Shown: positions 18,851 through 30,166, counted from the first letter of the stretch. The stretch is 64,000 nt of DNA from Microcoleus sp. (GCA_052279835.1 CP181291.1:2848001-2912000), one strand, 5' to 3'. Numbers and translations: made by a program. Notes: a model not told the origin generated them from the letters alone.

Positions 18851-20110
18851 TTAGTATTTGATAATTTCCAGGTTAGGCAAAGGAAAAATTAGACCTACAC
18901 CGCTGTTGAGTGTTTCTTGCTCGCGCTTGAGAAATTCTTCCTTAAAATGCCAAGGCAAGACTAAATAATAATCCGGCTTCATTGCCCTAGAATCCGCTTC
19001 GCTGACTATCGGAATGTCAGTACCGAGCGTATAAGCACCGTATTTATCTGGGTTTCTTTCCGCTGCTACATCTATAATTCGATTATCAATCCCGCACCAC
19101 TGCAAAATTGTATTGCCTTTAGTCGATGCACCGTAAATGTGAATGCTCTTACCTTCTTTTTTCAGCATTTTTAGCAGCGAAAGTAACTGCTCTTTATGCA
19201 CGTTAATCCGGTCTTGAAAATGCTTATAAGGTTTGTCCGTATCCAGCTCCAAATCAAATTCTGTCTGACGTAATAGCTTGATACGTGTCAAAGCTTCTTG
19301 TTTCTTGAAAGCAAAGTTGTCAAGATGCGTTGCATAACAACGAATGCTACCGCCGTTGCTGTCATTCAGGACGGCATCTACAATTTTTAAGTCAGCTTGT
19401 TTGAGAATATATTCCAATACAGCTAAACTATAATATTCCAAATGCTCGTGACAAATTGTGTCGTAAGAATTCATTTTGAGCATGGATGGCATATAGGACA
19501 TCTCAAAGACCCACAAACCAGCAGGAGCGAGCGCTTTTTTTATTTCTTTGCAGAAGCTTACCGGATCTTCAAGGTCATAAAACATGGCTATCGATGTAAT
19601 AATGTCAAATTGTTCGCCTTGCAAAACCTTGGTGAGTTCTTCTGAAGGAAAAATGTCTTGAATTGCAGTAATATCTCCGGTTATTTCTTGAGCGACGTCA
19701 GACGGATCGACACCAAATTTGATAAATTCTTGGGGATAACACTTCAATAAAGTACCATCATTACAGCCAATATCTAAAACGCGGGCATTGCTTTTACCAA
19801 TCAGCGATGCTGCTTCTTCAGTAATTCCCTGTAAGTGACTTCGCATGGTTTGGTTTGTACCGGAACGATACCAGTAAGCAGAATATAAAACTTCTGGCGG
19901 TACGGTATGTTCCATTTGTAATAAACCGCAAGCTTTCTCATCTCTGGTTGGATCGCAGCGCACTAGAGAAAGGGCTATTTTTCTGAGGGGTGGTTCTTCT
20001 TTCCCAGGCTTGACAAATGAACCTTGTAAATGCTGTTCGCCTAAATTAATCACTGGGGTGAGTGCTGAAGAACCGCAGACTCGACAAGTTTTACGATGAC
20101 CTAAGTGCAT
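18851..20110 (-). CDS. NDP-sugar C-methyltransferase (Zn-binding, TylCIII/NovU-like)
   Basis: CRVC, VLDIGCNDGTLL, YDTICHEHLEYY, YGASTKGNT, VLPWHFKEE. Confidence 0.9.
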   Translation of the reverse strand: MHLGHRKTCRVCGSSALTPVINLGEQHLQGSFVKPGKEEPPLRKIALSLVRCDPTRDEKACGLLQMEHTVPPEVLYSAYWYRSGTNQTMRSHLQGITEEAASLIGKSNARVLDIGCNDGTLLKCYPQEFIKFGVDPSDVAQEITGDITAIQDIFPSEELTKVLQGEQFDIITSIAMFYDLEDPVSFCKEIKKALAPAGLWVFEMSYMPSMLKMNSYDTICHEHLEYYSLAVLEYILKQADLKIVDAVLNDSNGGSIRCYATHLDNFAFKKQEALTRIKLLRQTEFDLELDTDKPYKHFQDRINVHKEQLLSLLKMLKKEGKSIHIYGASTKGNTILQWCGIDNRIIDVAAERNPDKYGAYTLGTDIPIVSEADSRAMKPDYYLVLPWHFKEEFLKREQETLNSGVGLIFPLPNLEIIKY

Positions 20111-20134
20111 TGATTGACCTCCAAAAATTTTTAA

Positions 20135-20584
20135 TTATTTATGATAGCTGAGTTTTTCTACAAGTGCTTGGAAATTTTTGTCTATGCCGTCTATGCACTT
20201 ATTCCGCTGCAAGTTCAGGATGGCTAGCTGTTTGACTACTAAATCTTTTTCTGTTGCAGCTACTTTTTCAAATTCATACACTTTTTCTTGTTCGTGCCAC
20301 AAGTTGCAGTTAACTTGGGCGAGTTCGGAGAAGATTTCGCCGATGCTACCACCGACATCAGCTACATAATTGCCTTCTTTTTTATAAACTTTATTTGAGG
20401 CAAAAATTAGGCGATCGCTCGGAATTTGCCCACCTATAGCAGCACTAATAAATTCGTTGATTTCCTCCTGAAGCTGTTTTTCTTGAACAGCAAGGCTCTT
20501 GAGTCTGATTTCGTCTTCGGAATGCCACTGTTTCAATTTGACAATTGTCAATTTATCGCAGAGAGAGCCAAGTGTTTCTGCCAT
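20135..20584 (-). CDS. DUF4254/DUF6165-like all-helical protein
   Basis: ETLGSLCDKLTI, VNCNLWHEQE, LNLQRNKCID. Confidence 0.65.
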   Translation of the reverse strand: MAETLGSLCDKLTIVKLKQWHSEDEIRLKSLAVQEKQLQEEINEFISAAIGGQIPSDRLIFASNKVYKKEGNYVADVGGSIGEIFSELAQVNCNLWHEQEKVYEFEKVAATEKDLVVKQLAILNLQRNKCIDGIDKNFQALVEKLSYHK

Positions 20585-21136
20585 GGGTCAAAGGTGATTG
20601 GTTTGAAATAATTTGATTCTGGATGCTGGCGATAGTTAGTATTGTCTAAAGGAAGTTTGGGCACATCACCCTACATCCCGTCCCTACCTTAGTGCTAAGT
20701 CATACACTGAATATTTTATCCTAGTTGTTACCACCAAGCTACTAATATAGGTCGTTTGGTATCAGACGAATACCGATTGTGGCTGTTCCCAGAATCATCC
20801 ATACTATTTTATACAAAGTCTTTGGGCGTACACAGGATTATCTTACATAGAAAGCAGCATTAGCACTATTTCCTCTAGATACTATTGAGCAATTAAACTT
20901 CCCGACAGTATTCATGTAGCAGTTGACAAAAAATACTAATTATGGTATGTCGAACAAAACATTGATAGAAGGCTACTGTGAGGATGAGCTAGAAGCCCTA
21001 GGCTAGGAGGTGAGAACCCGATCGCCCACAGCCGAGATTCCAGCCAACCAAAAACAAGTTACAATTACGTTAAGATTGATGAACATAAATAAAAAATCCC
21101 AAAACACAGGGACTAAATAATAGGAGATCGACCTCA

Positions 21137-22975
21137 GTGAATAAACGCTGGAGAAACGCTGGCCTGTACGCACTTCTGGCTATTGTAGTCATTGCCTTAG
21201 CAACCGCATTTTTTGACAAACAGCCCCCAAGCCGCGAAGTTTGGAAGTACAGTCAATTCATTCAGGAAGTCGAAGGCAAGAGAGTAGACAAAATCAATAT
21301 CAGTTCCGATCGCACCAAAGCCCTCGTCACAGCCCAAGACGGCAACAAAGTGATCGTCAACTTGCCCAACGACCCAGAACTGATCAACATCCTGACCAAA
21401 AACAACGTAGACATTTCTGTTCTACCGCAAAGCGACGAAGGCTTCTGGGTAAAAGCCCTCAGCAGCCTCTTCTTCCCAATTCTACTGTTGGTCGGACTCT
21501 TCTTCCTGGTGCGACGCGCCCAAAACGGGCCCGGCAACCAAGCCATGAACTTCGGCAAATCCAAAGCTAGAGTCCAAATGGAGCCCCAAACTCAGGTGAC
21601 ATTCAGCGACGTAGCCGGCATCGAACAAGCCAAACTAGAACTCGCCGAAGTCGTGGACTTCCTGAAAAATGCAGACCGCTTCACCGCAGTCGGTGCCAAA
21701 ATCCCCAAAGGCGTGCTGTTAGTCGGCCCTCCCGGAACAGGCAAAACCCTCTTAGCAAAAGCAGTCGCTGGCGAAGCAGGCGTTCCTTTCTTCTCAATTT
21801 CCGGTTCCGAGTTTGTCGAAATGTTCGTCGGTGTGGGTGCTTCCCGCGTCCGCGACTTGTTTGAACAAGCCAAAACCAACGCCCCTTGTATCGTATTTAT
21901 CGATGAAATTGACGCCGTAGGCCGTCAACGCGGCGCTGGTATGGGCGGTGGTAACGACGAACGGGAACAAACCCTCAACCAATTGCTGACTGAAATGGAC
22001 GGTTTTGAAGGTAACACCGGCATCATTATTATTGCTGCTACCAACCGTCCTGATGTGCTGGATGCTGCGTTGCTCCGTCCGGGTCGCTTCGATCGCCAAG
22101 TAGTAGTAGATCGCCCCGACTTCGCCGGCCGCCTCGAAATTCTCAACGTTCACGCCCGTGGCAAAACCTTGTCCAAAGATGTGGACTTAGAAAAAATCGC
22201 CCGTCGCACACCCGGTTTCACTGGTGCCGATTTGTCCAACCTGCTGAACGAAGCAGCAATCTTGGCCGCCCGCCGCAACTTGACCGAAGTCTCTATGGAT
22301 GAAGTCAATGATGCGATCGATCGCGTCCTTGCAGGCCCAGAAAAGAAAGACCGCGTAATGAGCGAAAAGCGCAAAACTTTGGTAGCTTACCACGAAGCCG
22401 GTCACGCCCTAGTCGGTGCGCTCATGCCCGATTATGACCCCGTGCAAAAAATTAGCATTATCCCCCGCGGCCGCGCCGGTGGTTTGACTTGGTTCACACC
22501 TAGCGAAGACCGGATGGATTCTGGCTTATATTCTCGCTCATACTTGCAAAATCAAATGGCCGTTGCTTTAGGTGGCCGCATTGCTGAAGAGATTGTCTTC
22601 GGTGAAGAAGAAGTGACCACTGGCGCTTCCAATGACTTGCAACAAGTGGCAAGAGTCGCACGGCAAATGGTGACTCGCTTCGGTATGAGCGATATACTAG
22701 GCCCTGTAGCCCTCGGTCGCCAACAAGGAAATATGTTCATGGGTCGCGATATCATGGCTGAACGGGATTTCTCGGAAAAAACCGCAGCGGCGATCGACAA
22801 TGAAGTCCGCTTGTTGGTAGAACAAGCTTACCGACGCGCTAAAGATGTCCTGGTTGGTAATCGCCACGTCCTTAATGCTTTGGCAGATATGCTAGTTGAA
22901 AAGGAAACTGTGGATTCCGACGAGTTGCAAAATTTGTTGGCTAATAGTGATGTCAAAATGGCGACTATTGCCTAA
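21137..22975 (+). CDS. ftsH: ATP-dependent zinc metalloprotease FtsH (FtsH3-like)
   Basis: [11 protein letters not shown]-terminus, [23 protein letters not shown] zinc motif. Confidence 0.98.
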   Translation: MNKRWRNAGLYALLAIVVIALATAFFDKQPPSREVWKYSQFIQEVEGKRVDKINISSDRTKALVTAQDGNKVIVNLPNDPELINILTKNNVDISVLPQSDEGFWVKALSSLFFPILLLVGLFFLVRRAQNGPGNQAMNFGKSKARVQMEPQTQVTFSDVAGIEQAKLELAEVVDFLKNADRFTAVGAKIPKGVLLVGPPGTGKTLLAKAVAGEAGVPFFSISGSEFVEMFVGVGASRVRDLFEQAKTNAPCIVFIDEIDAVGRQRGAGMGGGNDEREQTLNQLLTEMDGFEGNTGIIIIAATNRPDVLDAALLRPGRFDRQVVVDRPDFAGRLEILNVHARGKTLSKDVDLEKIARRTPGFTGADLSNLLNEAAILAARRNLTEVSMDEVNDAIDRVLAGPEKKDRVMSEKRKTLVAYHEAGHALVGALMPDYDPVQKISIIPRGRAGGLTWFTPSEDRMDSGLYSRSYLQNQMAVALGGRIAEEIVFGEEEVTTGASNDLQQVARVARQMVTRFGMSDILGPVALGRQQGNMFMGRDIMAERDFSEKTAAAIDNEVRLLVEQAYRRAKDVLVGNRHVLNALADMLVEKETVDSDELQNLLANSDVKMATIA

Positions 22976-23011
22976 TTGATTTTGGATTTAATCTAAAGTT
23001 TGAAATCGGTA

Positions 23012-23054
23012 ATTGGGGTTATTCTGGGATTGTCTGGAATAGCCCCGATTTTTT
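23012..23054 (+). terminator. Intrinsic terminator after ftsH
   Basis: GGGGTTATTCTGG/CTGGAATAGCCCC stem followed by a T run. Confidence 0.65.
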
Positions 23055-23116
23055 AAATAGATATCAAATTTCGCGCCCCACCCACTCCGATCTCAATTCG
23101 GGTTGTACCGGAATGA

Positions 23117-23400
23117 TTTAACCGCGAAGGCGCTAAGGACGACCCCCCCCTGCCCCCCCCAAGGGGGGAAAGAGGAAGAGAAGAGAGAGATTAATAATTC
23201 CGATCGAGAGAGTATTTGATACAGCGGTTCCCGCTGCAAGAGCGACACACAAACATGAATCCTCAACATTTAATAAATTGGTTTGTTAATTGCTCCTGGG
23301 AGCATCCCGATTTCGGAAACACGCCTAGAGGGGCGAAGCATTCGCGTTGAAAATCTCTGATATATCTATAGGATATAGGCGCGAATGCGAATCCCCTACA
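23117..23400. repeat. Mosaic of dispersed repeats including a REP-like palindrome pair
   Basis: AGGGGCGAAGCATTCGCG (~23329) pairs with CGCGAATGCGAATCCCCTAC (to 23399); C7/C8-G6 hairpin ~23143-23168. Confidence 0.7.
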
Positions 23401-23603
23401 AAAATGCGATGCACCTCTAAATCTGTAAGTAATCTTGGTGGATTGACAGTAAACTCATTGGTTTCAAGGAATGAAGAAGTGTCGGCTATTTTAGGCAAGT
23501 AATTGAATGCAGTTGCGATCGCCACTCATGGTAAATTAAATACATCCAGCCTTGCTATCAAAGCCAGATCAATCAAGGCTTCTAGTCGATCGCCCAAAAC
23601 GCC

Positions 23604-23789
23604 ATGCCCGATTCCGAATTCTCCGATGATTTAAAGTGGACAGCCGAAGCTAAGGCCAAGCTGAAAAATATTCCCTACTTTGTCCGGGGAAAAGCTCGCG
23701 TCCGCATCGAACAGTTGGCCCGCGAAGCCGACACCGAAGTTGTCACCGTGGACTTAGTTGAGCAAGCTCGCATCGAATTTGGCCAATAG
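23604..23789 (+). CDS. PCP reductase family small protein (ChlB C-terminal-like domain)
   Basis: [28 protein letters not shown]. Confidence 0.88.
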   Translation: MPDSEFSDDLKWTAEAKAKLKNIPYFVRGKARVRIEQLAREADTEVVTVDLVEQARIEFGQ

Positions 23790-23863
23790 GCGATCGCAAT
23801 GTACCCTAAAGCCTTAAACTATAACTTGCCTCTCCTAATGTTCACAGAGCTACTGAGTCACCC

Positions 23864-24604
23864 GTGCGGAAAATTGTTATTGCTGGCAACTGGAAAATGT
23901 ACAAAACTGGGGCTGAATCCCTAGAGTTTCTTAAAGGATTCACCTCCTCTTTGACGGAAACCCCGGAGGAACGAGAAGTCGTGCTTTGCGTTCCCTTCAC
24001 TTCATTAGCCGTCCTCTCGAAAAATCTGCACGGTGGCCGGGTGCGGCTCGGTGCTCAGAATGTTCATTGGCAAGAGTCGGGAGCTTATACCGGCGAAATT
24101 TCAGGGCCGATGCTTGCAGAACTTGGGGTTCGCTACGTCGTCATCGGGCACAGCGAACGGCGTCAATATTTTGGTGAAACTGACGAAACGGTGAATTTGC
24201 GCCTGTTGGCCGCTCAGAAGTATGGTTTAATTCCGATTTTGTGTGTCGGGGAAACGAAGCAGCAGCGAGATGCAGGGGAAACTGAAACTCACATTTTCTC
24301 TCAGTTGGCACAGGATTTGGTTGATGTCGATCAAACTAAGTTGGTGATTGCTTACGAGCCGATTTGGGCGATTGGCACCGGCGATACTTGCGAAACTAAG
24401 GAAGCGAACCGAGTTATTGGCTTGATTCGCAGTAAATTGAGCAATCCTGACGTGCCAATTCAATACGGCGGTTCTGTTAAGCCGGAAAATATTGATGAAG
24501 TTATGGCTCAACCGGAAATTGACGGGGTTTTGGTTGGTGGTGCTAGTTTGGAAGCTGCCAGTTTTTCGCGCATTGTCAATTATCAGAAAATTGATACTTG
24601 GTAA
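23864..24604 (+). CDS. tpiA: Triosephosphate isomerase
   Basis: [37 protein letters not shown]. Confidence 0.99.
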   Translation: MRKIVIAGNWKMYKTGAESLEFLKGFTSSLTETPEEREVVLCVPFTSLAVLSKNLHGGRVRLGAQNVHWQESGAYTGEISGPMLAELGVRYVVIGHSERRQYFGETDETVNLRLLAAQKYGLIPILCVGETKQQRDAGETETHIFSQLAQDLVDVDQTKLVIAYEPIWAIGTGDTCETKEANRVIGLIRSKLSNPDVPIQYGGSVKPENIDEVMAQPEIDGVLVGGASLEAASFSRIVNYQKIDTW

Positions 24605-24662
24605 TTGCTGAATTGGTCGATGGAAATTCTATCCCCAAGTCAAACAAAAGTGCTCAATAACT

Positions 24663-25136
24663 TTATTTTTTAGGCCGCTGCTGCTGATAAACACTCACAA
24701 CTTTATCCGCATAGGTAGCTGTCGCGCCACTTTTGCAAGCAGCCGATTCACCTGTCATCCACCAACAAGCAGCGCGACGGATAGCAGTCAATTCATTATT
24801 GTTGCTAGCTTTGTACTCGTCGCGCAGTAAGTCTCGTGCTATGCAGGTGACAATTGACTTGGCTTTTGTCGCGTCAGCCTCAAATTGTTGTGGCGTTAAA
24901 TCCTGTTTGGTGCAGAATTTGGCCCAACGGGAAATATTGTTCGGTAAAACTTGCCATTGACTGTACATTCCGTCCTTGGGGGTTTGGGGTGGTGCAGCTT
25001 GTCGCAGGGCTTCTACCAGGGCCGAAACTTGGGCATCGGTAACTGCTTCGGCTGCTGCTGGAAGTGTTTGCCATCCCAGGCTAATTATCAGGCTGCTTAA
25101 TAATAGATTGGTTTTGGTGATCGACTTTAACTTCAT
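24663..25136 (-). CDS. Secreted hypothetical protein, possibly lysozyme-like fold
   Basis: Signal peptide ending in an Ala-rich cleavage region; WQVLPNNISRW, LTPQQF, AACWWMTG. Confidence 0.7.
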   Translation of the reverse strand: MKLKSITKTNLLLSSLIISLGWQTLPAAAEAVTDAQVSALVEALRQAAPPQTPKDGMYSQWQVLPNNISRWAKFCTKQDLTPQQFEADATKAKSIVTCIARDLLRDEYKASNNNELTAIRRAACWWMTGESAACKSGATATYADKVVSVYQQQRPKK

Positions 25137-25236
25137 TTCGCTATGCCCTGTTTGATTTCAACTTGCTTTACTGCCAAAACTTATACTATTTGGACTATCG
25201 ACTGCCTCTGTCTTGAGCATGATTTTCTCTCTGAAT

Positions 25237-28200
25237 TCAAGATGTCTGGCTGTACAGCAATTCTGTTTTCAAAGCTGCTTCTACTATTTGATATTCGGCT
25301 TTAACTTTTTCTAAAACCCCATCGGCTTTTGCAGACAAAGACTGGTTAGCATTTGTCGCCATGCGCCCCATTAATTCTAGTTCTTCGCAAAGCTCAAATA
25401 ATTGAAAAGCACCGAGAGTGCCGCTAATCGACTTTAAAGAGTGAGCAGCTTGCCGCAAAGCGAGCGGATCGGCGTTTTTTACAGCGTCAGAGATACTCGT
25501 TAGCAATTGGGGGGCTGTTTCGATGTAAATGTCGATCGCCTCTTCTAAAGCTTCTACTTCTCGGAGTCCCTCAATAATTTGGCGACTCAGGGGGTTCTGA
25601 TTGTCTGACGGGACTTGGCATACTAAAGATGGAGTAGGCACAATGTTGGCCTGGGGAATTGTCAGTTGTTGCGGTTCGGCAACAGTCACATTCGATCGCA
25701 CTTCTAATTGATTTGTACCCTCCATCTCTTCAGCATTTGAGTTAACAGAAATCATCGATTGCCACCGCTCAAACTCGATAGGCGATCGAGATTTACAACT
25801 CTTCAAAACTCGAACCAGTTCGTCAATTTGGATGGGTTTGCTCAAATAATCATCCATTCCGGCAGCGATGCACTCTTCGCGATCGCCCCGCATCGCATTT
25901 GCCGTCATTGCCACAATCCAAGGTTTGGCAGCATCATCCCATTCTTGACAAATCAGCCGCGAAGCTTCCAAGCCGTCCATTTCCGGCATTTGCATATCCA
26001 TCAATATCACATCGTAGGGCTGGCGGCGCAAAGCTTCCAAAACTTCCTTGCCATTTCCCGCCACATCAGCGCGATAGCCCATCCGCTGCAAAATCTGTAA
26101 ACCCACTTTCTGATTCACCAAATGATCGTCTGCCAACAAAATCCGCAGTGGCAACTCCTGGGCAATCATGGGGATACTTTTGGATAAACTGCCGCTACTG
26201 CGCTGCACTCTCACTTCACTGCCCGATTCCCCAAAAATATTAATTAAAACATTATAAAGTTGGGATTGTTTGATCGGCTTGTTCAAAAAAGCAGCAAAAT
26301 TCACCTGCTGCATCACAGGAGAGCTAATTTCCTGCCTACCCATAGAAGTTAGCATGACTAAGGGCAACTGTTCCCCCGACTCTAACCTCCGAATTTCTGC
26401 TGCTAAAGTCAACCCATCGATTTCCGGCATTTGCATATCCAAAACCGCTAAGTCAAACTTTTCTTGGGCACTGAGCCAATCTAAGGCTAAAGTAGCAGAA
26501 GCAGCCGCGATCGGCACCATTCCCCAAGACTGAGTTTGGAGAGTCAAAATTTGACGATTAGTAGCATTATCATCGACAATTAAAACTCGCTTTCCTGCTA
26601 ATTCTGGTTGAGAATTGCTTAAATTAATGGGCAATGAATTATGGCAGCATCTAGCGATTGTAGTGCAATAAAAAGTAGAGCCACTGGATTTTAAATGATT
26701 AGTTGGAGTATCAATTTCATTAAATTCTGGTCTTTCGCCATTGTCTCCCAATTCCCGATTCAAAAATGTCGGTTTAAAATCTTCAGGAGGATTGCCAGCT
26801 AAATTGCCCCTACTTTCCACCCACATCCTGCCACCCATCATTTCGGATAAACGCTTACTAATTGCTAAACCTAATCCAGTACCGCCGTAGTGGCGGTTGG
26901 TAGAAGAGTCAACTTGACTAAAAGATTTAAACAACCGATCCATGCGATCGGCTGGAATACCGATACCAGTATCTTTTACCGCAAATTGTATTTCGTAGAT
27001 TTGGTCAATTTGTGATTCTTCGCTATCAAATGCTGACGGTGGTTTGGAACTTGGCACAAGTCTGGGCATTTTTTGGGCAGTACAGGATAGCACCACTTCT
27101 CCCGCTTCAGTGAATTTAACGGCATTACTGAGCAAATTGATTAAAATTTGCCTCAAGCGGGTGCTGTCCCCGATCGCAGTTACGGGCACAGAACTGTCTA
27201 TAAAATAAGCCAATTCCAATTTTTTTTGTGCCGCCCTAGCAGCTACCAAGTCCAGAGATTCCTCAATGCAGGTGCGGATGTCAAAGGGATGCTCCTCCAA
27301 GTCCAATTTACCCGATTCAATTTTGGAGAAATCCAGAATATCGTTAATCAGAGTTAGCAAAGCATCGCCACTGCTGCGGATAGTTTCTACAAAATCTCGT
27401 TGTTCCGAGCTTAAGCGGGTATCCAGCAGCAAACCTGTCATCCCGATGACTCCATTCATGGGAGTACGAATTTCGTGGCTCATGGTTGCCAAAAATTCAC
27501 TTTTGGCTCTCGTGGCTGCCAGTGCTTCGTCGCGGGCTTTTGCTAAATCAATGCCCGCTTGCTGGCGTTCAAGTTCGCTACCTACCCACTGAGCCATCAG
27601 TTTCACCAATTCTCTGTCTACCACTCTGAAAGGTTCTGTCATGGGATGAGCACTCCAGAAGCAGAGAGTACCGTAGACTTCCCCAGCCACCATGACAGAG
27701 ATACCCATGTAGGCTTCTATGTTGAAAGCCAGGTCATTATTGAATTTGCGCTCCGATGTGTTGAAGGCCAAGCACAAAAACTTCACCGACTCGAAGTGCA
27801 GCGGTTCTTTTGACTGGGCTGTAGCCACGCAGAAGGTTTTTTCTAAATCATAGATTTGTCCTTTGGCGAGCGACCCATCGGGACACTTTACAGCCATGAT
27901 TTGATAATTGTTACCTTCAATTGCCGACAAAACTCCCACTTCCAGCCCGAACTGTCTGCATCCCATGGTCAGCAGTTCTTGGAGTCGCAAATCGAAGGTT
28001 GAGAGGCGATTTAGCGGGTCTGTGCGGGGTGCTGACGTCACTTGATACAGAGCTTTAATGGCTGCTTCGCTTTCTCGCAGTTCTTGTTCTGTTTGCTTGC
28101 GGAAGCTGATGTCGCGGGAAATCCCAATAATTTCTTGAACAGTCCCTGTTTCAGGATCGCGGATGGTGCGACTGGTAGTTTCAAACCAGATATATCGACC

Positions 28201-29583
28201 ATCTTTGCGACGCACACGGTAGCTGAGGGTGTAAGTCACTGGCAGTGCCATCAATTTCGCGTGGGCTTTAGATAACTTTTCTACATCCTGTGGATGAAAA
28301 TAATCCTTGGGGACGTTACCGATCAGTTCTTCTGGTTGATATCCCAGCAAAGCGTTGCAAGCGGGCGATACGTAAACAAAAACACCTTTGGGGTTGTGTC
28401 GGCTGATCATGTCCGTTGAGTTATCAGCCATCAACCGATAGCGGTCTTCGCTTTCATTGCGTTCGATTTGAGAATTGCCCAAGGCTTCTAGCATCTGGTT
28501 GATCGTGTCTGCTAGGCTGGAGAGTTCATCTGCTCCGGGCATATGAACGCGCAAGTCTGGGTCGCCATTGGTGGCTATGTTGTTGACGCTGATACTCAAG
28601 TCTTGCAATCTTGCTAAGACCAATTTTTCTAGTAATATCAGTGCGATCGCGCTAAATACTAAACCTACGGCCAATATCGATAGAGTAAACAGTTCTAAGG
28701 TGGCTTGACCTTGGCTATAGATTACTCGGTTTACTTCTACTCGCAACATCAGTGCTAGATTGCCGTGGATGTCCCGAATCAGGGCGTATCCAGCCACTAA
28801 GCTTTTGCTAAGGGGTTCAACTAAAACTTCTACTGATTTGAGGTTGGAAATTCTGATTTTGAGATTTTCCAATTCTTGCTGGGACTGAACTATCCTTTTG
28901 GTATCTGGCCCATAGTAGCTGGTCGCTCCGACTTTAAAATCTAAAGTTGGCAATCTAAAGTCTACGGACAAGTGAGTCAGTTCTGAGAGTAATTCGATTT
29001 CGGTGTTGTCGAGATACCGTGCCAGAATCAGAGTGCCGCGACGGGGGCCGATCTCGTTGCTATTGAGAATTGGCTTGGAGCTAATCAGCAAGGTGGCTTC
29101 TGGGATGGTGATCACCCCTGTTTTGACCAATGGCATCCCATCCCCCCCATCTGCCCCAGGCTTTAGCAACGCCGCCGTCAGATGCTCTTGTAAGCTTTGG
29201 GGAATCGGGGTCTCGGCTTTGGATTTCAGGTCGAAACCTTTACTGAAGACCACACGCCCCTCTGCGTCTAGCACCATCAATAAATTCAGCCTTAAGTAAA
29301 CAAATGTAGAATCTACGAAATTTGATTTGACAAAATCTTGACTATGGCTATTGACGAAGGAGTAGGTGTCATCCCACTCCGCATAATCTCGTGCGCTAGT
29401 ATCTAAATTCGATAAGTCATCATCTAAAGCATCCAAAGCCCGCGCTACATCCTGACGGACGTACTGCGCCTCTAGATTATGGAAATCGTGCAGCAAAATG
29501 GTTGATGCCGTCGCATACAGCACCACAATCAGGCAAATCAGAGCTGCACCAACAATTAATAGTGTTTTTTTTCGGAGTTGCAT
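25237..29583 (-). CDS. Hybrid sensor histidine kinase CHASE4-HAMP-PAS-GAF-HisKA-HATPase-REC-REC-Hpt
   Basis: DYAEWDDTY, FLATMSHEIRTPMNG, GGTGLGLAIS, two REC domains, AAHSLKS. Confidence 0.93.
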   Translation of the reverse strand: MQLRKKTLLIVGAALICLIVVLYATASTILLHDFHNLEAQYVRQDVARALDALDDDLSNLDTSARDYAEWDDTYSFVNSHSQDFVKSNFVDSTFVYLRLNLLMVLDAEGRVVFSKGFDLKSKAETPIPQSLQEHLTAALLKPGADGGDGMPLVKTGVITIPEATLLISSKPILNSNEIGPRRGTLILARYLDNTEIELLSELTHLSVDFRLPTLDFKVGATSYYGPDTKRIVQSQQELENLKIRISNLKSVEVLVEPLSKSLVAGYALIRDIHGNLALMLRVEVNRVIYSQGQATLELFTLSILAVGLVFSAIALILLEKLVLARLQDLSISVNNIATNGDPDLRVHMPGADELSSLADTINQMLEALGNSQIERNESEDRYRLMADNSTDMISRHNPKGVFVYVSPACNALLGYQPEELIGNVPKDYFHPQDVEKLSKAHAKLMALPVTYTLSYRVRRKDGRYIWFETTSRTIRDPETGTVQEIIGISRDISFRKQTEQELRESEAAIKALYQVTSAPRTDPLNRLSTFDLRLQELLTMGCRQFGLEVGVLSAIEGNNYQIMAVKCPDGSLAKGQIYDLEKTFCVATAQSKEPLHFESVKFLCLAFNTSERKFNNDLAFNIEAYMGISVMVAGEVYGTLCFWSAHPMTEPFRVVDRELVKLMAQWVGSELERQQAGIDLAKARDEALAATRAKSEFLATMSHEIRTPMNGVIGMTGLLLDTRLSSEQRDFVETIRSSGDALLTLINDILDFSKIESGKLDLEEHPFDIRTCIEESLDLVAARAAQKKLELAYFIDSSVPVTAIGDSTRLRQILINLLSNAVKFTEAGEVVLSCTAQKMPRLVPSSKPPSAFDSEESQIDQIYEIQFAVKDTGIGIPADRMDRLFKSFSQVDSSTNRHYGGTGLGLAISKRLSEMMGGRMWVESRGNLAGNPPEDFKPTFLNRELGDNGERPEFNEIDTPTNHLKSSGSTFYCTTIARCCHNSLPINLSNSQPELAGKRVLIVDDNATNRQILTLQTQSWGMVPIAAASATLALDWLSAQEKFDLAVLDMQMPEIDGLTLAAEIRRLESGEQLPLVMLTSMGRQEISSPVMQQVNFAAFLNKPIKQSQLYNVLINIFGESGSEVRVQRSSGSLSKSIPMIAQELPLRILLADDHLVNQKVGLQILQRMGYRADVAGNGKEVLEALRRQPYDVILMDMQMPEMDGLEASRLICQEWDDAAKPWIVAMTANAMRGDREECIAAGMDDYLSKPIQIDELVRVLKSCKSRSPIEFERWQSMISVNSNAEEMEGTNQLEVRSNVTVAEPQQLTIPQANIVPTPSLVCQVPSDNQNPLSRQIIEGLREVEALEEAIDIYIETAPQLLTSISDAVKNADPLALRQAAHSLKSISGTLGAFQLFELCEELELMGRMATNANQSLSAKADGVLEKVKAEYQIVEAALKTELLYSQTS

Positions 29584-29919
29584 CGGGTTGCCCTCCTCAA
29601 GATGCCAGGAGGAAAATTTCCTGGGTCTGTTTGAAATGTAAGTCGTTTAACATTCTATTGGGATGACCTGCGTATTTTAACTGAGCTTGGCACATATGCA
29701 GTAGCCATTGCCATACCTTAATATTCTCGATTTCACCAAAAATAATCAATCTAGTATCTAAATAGTATCTAAAAACCTTTAGTTCCTTACTATCTATAAC
29801 CCATGAATTGTGAGTTGTTACCTTATTATCTCAATTTTTTCAATTTGCACGAGCAAGCGGAAAACAATTAAGGTTTAATCCTAGCGTAGCTTGGTCGCCG
29901 GTGGTTGGACAGGGCATAG

Positions 29920-29996
29920 TGGGAGACGGGGAGATTGTGACATGGGAGAGGAGGAGAGAAGGAAAGGGGAGAGGGGGAGTGGGGGAGATAGGGGGA
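29920..29996 (+). repeat. Purine-rich GGGAGA-type short tandem repeats
   Basis: GGGAGACGGGGAGA...GGGGAGAGGGGGAGTGGGGGAGA. Confidence 0.6.
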
Positions 29997-30059
29997 AACT
30001 ATTTTTAGTTTGACAAATGATTTTTAGGGACTTTGGGTTTGACGTTTTAAATTATACCC

Positions 30060-30093
30060 AGAGCCCCGACTTCACTTAAGAAGTCGGGGCTCT
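30060..30093. terminator. Perfect 14-bp hairpin, probable terminator of the 1031-aa gene
   Basis: AGAGCCCCGACTTC-ACTTAA-GAAGTCGGGGCTCT. Confidence 0.7.
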
Positions 30094-30166
30094 AAAAGAA
30101 GAGATATTTAGGTCTCCCAAAATAGGGAGTGCGACAACCCCGCATCGAGGACTAGAGGAATTGTGG

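Noticed and set aside
21058..21076. HLR1/RpaB box upstream of ftsH (GTTACAAT-TAC-GTTAAGAT)
   Set aside because: Period is 11 rather than the usual 10 and the second half-site is degenerate; not supportable by eye
23325..23525. 66-aa ORF or RAYT-associated element
   Set aside because: Overlaps REP-like repeats; no transposase motif
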